A stretch of DNA of 64,000 bases from Bdellovibrionales bacterium (lineage in GTDB: Bacteria; Bdellovibrionota; Bdellovibrionia; Bdellovibrionales; UBA1609): assembly GCA_965199825.1 (NCBI GenBank), contig OZ241329.1, forward strand, positions 480,001 through 544,000, given 5' to 3'. Within the stretch, counting starts at the first letter, position 1. Each line of letters opens with the position of its first letter. The notes beneath the pieces are model-generated. The model did not search any database. It had not been told where the DNA came from and saw only the letters and a list, made by a program, of their open reading frames with translations. Positions 57,775 through 64,000 of the stretch are shown here, one piece after another. The position numbers were made by a program, and so were the translations under genes.

Positions 57775-58488
57775 ATGAGGAGATTTGATATGCGAGCGAT
57801 GGTAGTATTGGGAAGTTTATTTTTTTTAGCGGCGTGTGGTTCATCGGGTTCATCCAATGGCACCTCTGCTGCTGCAAACAATCAATGCGGTGTTGGAACA
57901 GGCTGGTCGTCTCAATACAATACATGTTTAGTTGTATCGCCCACAAACCCAAGTTGTGGAATCATCAACTCAAGCCCAAACACTTGTGTTCCCGTCACAA
58001 ACGCAGGAACAAATCCTTATGTGTATGGCGGCGGCTCATTGATATGGAGTGGTCGCATGCAGATCACCAACTCACAAAATTTTCAGTTGTTTTTGCAAGA
58101 GTATGGTTTGTTTTGTAATCAAAATTCATCGTGGCTCGGCAATTTTAATATTGGTTATCAAAACTGTAGCGCTTGGGGAAATAACGCAACTTTGATTATT
58201 ACTTTGGCCTCTGCGATTTTGCCTGCTGTTGGCTCAGCCACAGTCAATGTTGCCACAAATAATAATGTCGGAGTTTATGGTGCACAAATTCCAATTTCTA
58301 TTAACGGAAATTTTGCGCCCATCAATAACAACACCGGCATGGAACTCAACCAACTCGGCGGCTTTGGAACTTTTAGTTACAATGCTGTGATTGATTTGAC
58401 CACCCAGGGTGGACCAAACTCATCCACACTCACCGCTTTTTTAAGTTACCGTGGTGGACAAATTGCTCAGGCAAGTTTAAATCATTAA
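57775..58488 (+). CDS. Asn/Gly/Cys-rich hypothetical lipoprotein
   Basis: Lipobox LAAC followed by a Ser/Gly linker; start may be 57790 after GAGGAG. Confidence 0.8.
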   Translation: MRRFDMRAMVVLGSLFFLAACGSSGSSNGTSAAANNQCGVGTGWSSQYNTCLVVSPTNPSCGIINSSPNTCVPVTNAGTNPYVYGGGSLIWSGRMQITNSQNFQLFLQEYGLFCNQNSSWLGNFNIGYQNCSAWGNNATLIITLASAILPAVGSATVNVATNNNVGVYGAQIPISINGNFAPINNNTGMELNQLGGFGTFSYNAVIDLTTQGGPNSSTLTAFLSYRGGQIAQASLNH

Positions 58489-58491
58489 TCG

Positions 58492-58698
58492 ATGGCTAAA
58501 ATGATTCGCTGTCCAAGATGCAAAAAAGAAACTCTGTATGACGAGAGTAATCCTTCTCGTCCATTTTGTTCAGAGCGATGTCAAACACTGGATCTTGGTG
58601 CATGGGCTGACGAGGCTTTTAAAATTCCTGCGCAAGAAGAGCCGCTTTTGTCGGCCGAACTTGAAGAAGAATCTCCGCCGCGACACAAGCTTCAATAA
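58492..58698 (+). CDS. yacG: DNA gyrase inhibitor YacG
   Basis: CPRC...RPFCSERC..LDLGAWA. Confidence 0.93.
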   Translation: MAKMIRCPRCKKETLYDESNPSRPFCSERCQTLDLGAWADEAFKIPAQEEPLLSAELEEESPPRHKLQ

Positions 58699-58783
58699 AA
58701 AATGATTGACCCCTATTTCATTCGACTTTTTAATTTTGAAACAGATTATTTTAACAACGCTGATTTCCAATGGGGGAATAAAT

Positions 58784-59056
58784 ATGAACAAAGCCGAACT
58801 TATCGAAAAAGTGGCATCCGAAACCGGTTTGACTAAAGCACAGATCGAGAGAACTCTTGATGCATGCATGGACACAGTTAAGAAGTCGGTAAAAAAAGGT
58901 GATGAAGTCAAACTCGTCGGCTTTGGGACTTTCACAAAATCAAAACGCAAAGCTCGTACTGGACGTAACCCCCAAACCGGAAAAGCAATTAAAATTCCTG
59001 CGGCTTGGTATCCAAAATTTCGTCCAGGCGCCGAATTCAAATCGATGGTTCGCTAA
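58784..59056 (+). CDS. hup: Histone-like DNA-binding protein HU
   Basis: MNKAELI, LVGFGTF, ARTGRNPQTG, PKFRPG. Confidence 0.96.
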   Translation: MNKAELIEKVASETGLTKAQIERTLDACMDTVKKSVKKGDEVKLVGFGTFTKSKRKARTGRNPQTGKAIKIPAAWYPKFRPGAEFKSMVR

Positions 59057-59112
59057 AGTCCACGACGGCTTTGTCCAATCAAAGGACCAGCTTCTACAAG
59101 TTGGTCCAATCT

Positions 59113-59146
59113 AAAGACCGACTCCAGATGTTGGTCTTTTTTTTTG
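59113..59146 (+). terminator. Intrinsic terminator after HU
   Basis: AAAGACCGAC-loop-GTTGGTCTTT plus T-run, preceded by a second hairpin GGACCAGCT...AGTTGGTCC. Confidence 0.7.
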
Positions 59147-59183
59147 TTGCCTCTACAGGGCGCAAAGTGATTTAAAATTTTAA

Positions 59184-60152
59184 ATGAAAAAAATCGCGGT
59201 ACTGACCAGTGGCGGAGATGCTCCAGGAATGAATTCTGCCATACGGGCTGTGGTTCGCACCGCATGCGCTTACGGCATCGAAGTCGAAGGCGTAAAGCAC
59301 GGCTTACATGGATTGTTCACCTCAGATTTTGAGGCGATGGATTTGCGCTCGGTAGCAAATATCATCCAGCGGGGCGGAACAATTTTAAAAACAGGCCGAT
59401 CGCTCGAATTTTTACAGATCAATCATCGTGCGGTGGCAATCCAAAATCTTGTATCGCGCGGATTTGAAGGTGTGGTTGTCATTGGCGGCGATGGCTCCTT
59501 TCGAGCCGCTCACCAAATCGCACTCGAATCTTCGATCAAGGTGATGGGCATCCCGGGCACGATCGACAATGATATCTACGGCACCGATTTAACCATCGGT
59601 TTTGATACTGCGGTCAACACCGCACTCGATGCCATCGATCGCATCAGAGACACGGCCGCAAGCCACGATCGCTTATTTATTGTTGAAGTGATGGGCCGAG
59701 ATTCGGGCTACATCGCAGTGGCTGTGGGACTTGCGGGCGGGGCTGAAGAAATTTTTGTGCCTGAATATCCCACACCTGTCGACTCCGCCATCAAGCACAT
59801 TCAACGTGGACTTGATCGGGGCAAAGCTTCAAGTATTTTAATCACCGCTGAGGGACAAAAACCCGGAAGAGCTTACGATCTTGCCGATGCAATTCGCAAA
59901 AAAGCGGGCTTCGACGCTAAGGTGTGCATCTTGGGCCACGTGCAACGAGGAGGAAAACCCTCGGCACAAGATCGCATTCTTGGATCACGACTTGGCGCTG
60001 CCGCAGTCAAAGCCCTGCGTGATGGAGAGTCTGACCAAATGGTTGGAATCCTGAACGGTGAAATCAAACTGACCTCGCTGACCGAAACTACAACCAAAAA
60101 AAGTGTGCTTCCTGAATCGCTAATTGAACTTGCGCGAATGTTATCGAATTAA
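59184..60152 (+). CDS. pfkA: ATP-dependent 6-phosphofructokinase
   Basis: TSGGDAPGMN, GGDGS, PGTIDND, EVMGR, LGHVQRGG. Confidence 0.97.
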   Translation: MKKIAVLTSGGDAPGMNSAIRAVVRTACAYGIEVEGVKHGLHGLFTSDFEAMDLRSVANIIQRGGTILKTGRSLEFLQINHRAVAIQNLVSRGFEGVVVIGGDGSFRAAHQIALESSIKVMGIPGTIDNDIYGTDLTIGFDTAVNTALDAIDRIRDTAASHDRLFIVEVMGRDSGYIAVAVGLAGGAEEIFVPEYPTPVDSAIKHIQRGLDRGKASSILITAEGQKPGRAYDLADAIRKKAGFDAKVCILGHVQRGGKPSAQDRILGSRLGAAAVKALRDGESDQMVGILNGEIKLTSLTETTTKKSVLPESLIELARMLSN

Positions 60153-60187
60153 TTGGCGGAGATTCGTCTTTTTAAGTAAGACAGCCC

Positions 60188-60799
60188 ATGCTTAAATTTT
60201 TATCATTCTTTTTCTTTATTCCGGTTTGTTTTGCTAATGATTTGATTCTCCATAGGGATCAATCTATTTTGTTTATGCAGAAAATTTTGCCGGTGCCGAT
60301 GGCCCTACTTAAAGTGAGTAAGATCGACACACTCGAGATTTACGATCTGGCAAAGTCTTTTGCTATTTTAAATGAAACCACAAACACTCCGGTATTTGTG
60401 GCAATCGTGGCTCAGAATTTGGCAAAGATCCTTCAGCAATACAGCGCTTTTCAATCCCCACGAGATGCAAGCGCTTTTGACCAAATGGCAAGATCGCGAA
60501 AGATGATCAGCAACAATATGGTTTTACAAGTGTTCCTCTGGTTGAGTGCAACGACTTTAACCGATAAACAAATTCACACAGTGAATTTGAAATTACAGGA
60601 TCACGACTTAGAAATTCGATCGATTTTTTCAAATCTTGTTGTCGCTTGTGAATCTCATCTCACAAACCCTCCTTACTTTATCGGTGGCGCAAATTTAGTT
60701 ATCTTTGAAAAAATTCAAGAGGTGTTTCAACAGATCGATGGCTTACCGAGCCCGTTTCGTTTTCAACTTCAAAACTTTTATGAATCTCAATTCAGGTGA
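60188..60799 (+). CDS. Secreted hypothetical protein, paralog family member 1
   Basis: Signal peptide; shares the LLK...I..LEIYDL pattern with the genes at 61745, 62683 and 63384. Confidence 0.7.
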   Translation: MLKFLSFFFFIPVCFANDLILHRDQSILFMQKILPVPMALLKVSKIDTLEIYDLAKSFAILNETTNTPVFVAIVAQNLAKILQQYSAFQSPRDASAFDQMARSRKMISNNMVLQVFLWLSATTLTDKQIHTVNLKLQDHDLEIRSIFSNLVVACESHLTNPPYFIGGANLVIFEKIQEVFQQIDGLPSPFRFQLQNFYESQFR

Positions 60800-61656
60800 T
60801 CTTTGTCTTTGGACTGATCACATGGACCTTTTCTCTTTCAGTTGCGGTCATTCAAATTCCGGGACGCGACATGCAAGGTGCAATAAAATATATCGAAAAA
60901 TCCGCGGCTGCCGGCGCAAAAGTTATTTTATTACCAGAGCTTTTTGAAAACGATTATTTCCCGCGCGAGAAAGACAAAAAATTTTTTGCTCTCGCAAAAG
61001 AAACCAAAGATCACCCCTCACTCCAAGTCTTGAGTTCACTTGCCAAAAAACTTCAGGTTGTCATCATTTTCCCCTTTTTCGAAAAATTTAAAAAAGCGTA
61101 TTATGATAGTGCTGCGATTATCGACTCTGATGGAAAAGTTTTGGGTGTTTATCGTAAAACTCATATTCCATCGACACCTGGATACTTCGAAAAATTTTAC
61201 TTTAAGCCCGGCGATACCGGTCTTAAAGTGTGGAGCACTCACCAAGGCAAGATTGGTGTGGCAATTTGTTGGGATCAATGGTTTCCCGAAGTGGCTCGGA
61301 TTTTAACTCTTCAAGGTGCAGAGATCATTTTGTATCCTTCGGCTATTGGTTCAGAACCTCAAGATCCCACCTTCGATACAATGAACCTATGGCAAAATGT
61401 TATGATTGGGCATGCTATCAGCAATGTGATTCCGGTGGCCGCTGCAAATCGAATTGGTCAAGAAGGCGAATTACTTTTTTATGGATCATCATTTGTGGCT
61501 GACCATCTTGGCAGAAAAGTTGCCTCGCTCAATCGCACAGAGACCGGATTTGCTCAATATGATTTTGATATGAATCTTGTTGTTAAAAGTCGCAAAAATT
61601 CGGGCTTAATTTCAGATCGACGTCCCCGAACCTATGGCAGATTGCTCCGAAAATAA
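60796..61656 (+). CDS. aguB: Carbon-nitrogen hydrolase, N-carbamoylputrescine amidase-like
   Basis: PELF (Glu), YRKTHIP (Lys), ICWDQWFPE (Cys), YPSAIGSEP, FYGSSF. Confidence 0.8.
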   Translation: MIFVFGLITWTFSLSVAVIQIPGRDMQGAIKYIEKSAAAGAKVILLPELFENDYFPREKDKKFFALAKETKDHPSLQVLSSLAKKLQVVIIFPFFEKFKKAYYDSAAIIDSDGKVLGVYRKTHIPSTPGYFEKFYFKPGDTGLKVWSTHQGKIGVAICWDQWFPEVARILTLQGAEIILYPSAIGSEPQDPTFDTMNLWQNVMIGHAISNVIPVAAANRIGQEGELLFYGSSFVADHLGRKVASLNRTETGFAQYDFDMNLVVKSRKNSGLISDRRPRTYGRLLRK

Positions 61657-61744
61657 TTTTAAGCGCAGAATGTTTTTTGTGACAGGAAATCTATCTTTAG
61701 AATTTGCTTTGACCCTTTGATTCGAAATAGGAGTTTATCTCGCG

Positions 61745-62356
61745 ATGAAAAAAATGATTTTTATCCTTATTACTCTAGCTGGATCTTGCTTTGGGGTTGA
61801 ACCACTTAATCTCAAGCAAGTTCAAAAAATTTTTAATTTAAAGTATCACGAGCAGGCAAATGCTCTTGCAAGTGCTCGTATCTCAATCGAAGAAGTTTAC
61901 GACCTCGTGCAAAGTTTAGCCGTGTTGACGAATCCTCAGCTGCGTTCCGAATTGCTTTCTGCATCCTTAATTTTTGAAAGAGTTATTACCCGGGTCGAGA
62001 CCTTGTATTTCAAAGCACACGAGGTCGATTTGTTTTTCTTTAAAAATCGAATTGATGAAAGAACAAGTTCATTTATGGCTGGGCAACCCATCAACATTAA
62101 GTCTCAGCTTTCGGTTGCGATTGGTCTGATCGGTGTTATGAAGATGAGCGAAAAACAAATTACCGAGTTAGAAAATTATTTTGATCAACATTCAAAACGA
62201 ATGGATCAGAAAATTGAAGTGATTCATCGTGCTTGTGTGCAGCAATTAAATTACCTTCCAGAATTTTTGCTCAAAGACCATTCTGAAACCTTAGAATATC
62301 TCCAGCAGACCTTTTTGCTTTCTTCAAAACTGCGGGCGACGTTTTTTACCGAGTAA
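61745..62356 (+). CDS. Secreted hypothetical protein, paralog family member 2
   Basis: Signal peptide; ISIEEVYDLVQSL..L..P.L. Confidence 0.72.
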   Translation: MKKMIFILITLAGSCFGVEPLNLKQVQKIFNLKYHEQANALASARISIEEVYDLVQSLAVLTNPQLRSELLSASLIFERVITRVETLYFKAHEVDLFFFKNRIDERTSSFMAGQPINIKSQLSVAIGLIGVMKMSEKQITELENYFDQHSKRMDQKIEVIHRACVQQLNYLPEFLLKDHSETLEYLQQTFLLSSKLRATFFTE

Positions 62357-62682
62357 GATCACATACAAATATTTATCTATTTGGTGCATTGAATAGAGTC
62401 GTTGATGAAAGCGAACTTGCTGCCTTTTGCGACAAAAACTTTTGCCTTCAATCAACTGATGAGGACAACACAATAGCAAAAAAACCTGTACCTACAGTTT
62501 GCATATAAAATTGAAAGTGATTCATTTATTCACCTTGAAATTTCTTGTGAGAAAATTCTGACGTCTTGGTTTAATTTTCAGCAATGCAAATTTGTTATTT
62601 TTTGGTATGGTTCACGATGTGCTTTATGACTTGAGCCAATTGCCAAATCAGCACCAATTTTAATTAACAGTTAGAAGAGACA

Positions 62683-63234
62683 ATGTTTCAATTTTTTGCC
62701 GGTTTATTTTTGGTCTCCCAATTTAGTTTTGCATCCGCAACTTTCACCTTGGATGAAGCCAAACAATTTTTAGAAACTTCTGCCTCTAAAAAAGTTGAGC
62801 TCTTAAAAGCCGGGCAAATTTCGATAGAGGAGGTCTTCGATCTTTTTCAAACCCTAAAGATTTTAAATCGCCCAAATCTCCAAAATGACCTCATGGCGGG
62901 GCAGCAAATTTTGGTTCAACTTGCTCGCCAAATTGTTTGGTTGCAAAAGCGATCTTGTCAGCCCGCTGATAGATTTCTGAATTGTCAGAATACAAATTCA
63001 ACCAAGGGCAATTTGCTGACGGTTTTGAATTTATTGTGCGCCAGAAATTTTAGTGAGACCGAGCTTGAGCGTCTTCATGACACGATTGATAGAATCTATC
63101 ATCAGTTTATCGATTCCGTAGGCCGACCTTGCCAAATGGTTCTTCTGGATCCGCAAACTCTATCAACACTTACTGATCTTCAAAACTCCTTTATGACAGT
63201 ATTTGATCACCAAAAGCTGATGCCCATTTTGTAG
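62683..63234 (+). CDS. Secreted hypothetical protein, paralog family member 3
   Basis: Signal peptide; DEAKQFLE...KKVELLK..ISIEEVFDLFQTL. Confidence 0.72.
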   Translation: MFQFFAGLFLVSQFSFASATFTLDEAKQFLETSASKKVELLKAGQISIEEVFDLFQTLKILNRPNLQNDLMAGQQILVQLARQIVWLQKRSCQPADRFLNCQNTNSTKGNLLTVLNLLCARNFSETELERLHDTIDRIYHQFIDSVGRPCQMVLLDPQTLSTLTDLQNSFMTVFDHQKLMPIL

Positions 63235-63383
63235 AGGCGAAACAATTAGATCCAATTTTATCTAAACGTGAAAACTTTGGAGAGCTGATGCTACCAAAAA
63301 CCAAAACTCTAGATTACCCCACTCTTCTGTGATCTAGATCCAAGGCATTCCGCTCTCACTCAAACTTCAAAGGTATTTATAAA

Positions 63384-63956
63384 ATGAAATCCATTTTAGG
63401 CTTTATCGCTTTCTTTTTATTTTCGGTGGCAAGCTTTGCCGAAACAGATTTTCAAGTGGATGAAACCCAAAAATTCTTAGAAAAGTCTTTTCCCAAAAAA
63501 CTTGAGTTGTTGAATCAAAGTCATATTCAGACTGCCGATTTGACCAAACTTTTGAACACGCTAAAGCTCTATTTTAGTTTGACGGCCAATGAAGATCGGG
63601 TGCCTGCCCAGCTGTCTTTGGGTTTATTAGCAGGTCAAATCCAAGATCTTCTTCAAGCGCAGAGTGGTGAAACCATAGTGACTAGCGATGGATGGCAAAA
63701 CACCACAACCCCCCAGGGCAATTTGTTTTCAGTTTTCACATTGGTGTGTGTTAAAAAATTAAGACCTTTCGAAATGCGGGCTCTAGTGAAAGACCTTCAA
63801 GCTGATTCCCTCGCGATCCTTGAATCCACCCAGTCGTCTTGTGGGCGTCACCTCGCTCCTTCACTGGCAGACCCTCGCCATTTAGAGATTTTAAAAGCCG
63901 TGACCCAATTTTTTAAAACTCATCTCCAACAACAAAAATTATTGCCACTGATCTAA
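63384..63956 (+). CDS. Secreted hypothetical protein, paralog family member 4
   Basis: Signal peptide; DETQKFLEK..PKKLELL, and QNT...GNL..V..L.C shared with member 3. Confidence 0.72.
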   Translation: MKSILGFIAFFLFSVASFAETDFQVDETQKFLEKSFPKKLELLNQSHIQTADLTKLLNTLKLYFSLTANEDRVPAQLSLGLLAGQIQDLLQAQSGETIVTSDGWQNTTTPQGNLFSVFTLVCVKKLRPFEMRALVKDLQADSLAILESTQSSCGRHLAPSLADPRHLEILKAVTQFFKTHLQQQKLLPLI

Positions 63957-64000
63957 AGATTTCTCTTAAATATTTTTAATTGAATTGGTAAGAGCAGCCT

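Noticed and set aside
59554..59562. GGGCACGA copies inside pfkA, mraY (3627), the HAMP gene (34588) and a GT9 gene (about 48160)
   Set aside because: Isolated, inside coding sequence (for example the conserved PGTIDND), and few enough to be background.

Overview
Chromosomal segment of a Bdellovibrionota-like bacterium (inferred from gene content and protein style). Housekeeping blocks: the end of the dcw cluster (mraY-murD-ftsW-murG, murG cut by the left edge), motAB, dsbD, a pseudouridine synthase, pal-cpoB-like-tsaD-rsmA-smpB, coaD/rsmD with a two-component pair, a flagellar filament locus (two flagellins, flaG-like, fliD, fliS, FlgN/FliT-like, TPR, Maf-like, two GT9 genes), yacG, HU and pfkA. 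Accessory blocks: a six-copy tandem array of secreted trypsin-like proteases (two copies pseudogenised), several large secreted hypotheticals and a four-member secreted paralog family. The most unusual signal is one non-palindromic motif, TCGTGCCC (GGGCACGA), tied to two paralogous stand-alone HNH genes. It is conserved at the DNA level at two positions inside both genes, scattered co-oriented upstream of both, forms a 10-unit repeat/variable-spacer array running out of the 3' end of one gene, and forms an orphan 20-copy minisatellite 28 kb away. This is a candidate undescribed HNH-plus-short-repeat element, analogous in concept to RAYT/REP. A stand-alone Y1 (HUH) transposase has its own ~57-bp-period direct-repeat array (ATGACAKTGCCCC). 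Other signals: a 13-nt exact complementarity between the two flagellin 5' leaders, a diverged duplicate of a GT9 3' end flanking a cargo gene, and sigma54/sigma28-type promoters on secreted genes. No rRNA, tRNA or CRISPR-Cas was recognised. All protein calls come from motif recognition by eye; no searches were run.
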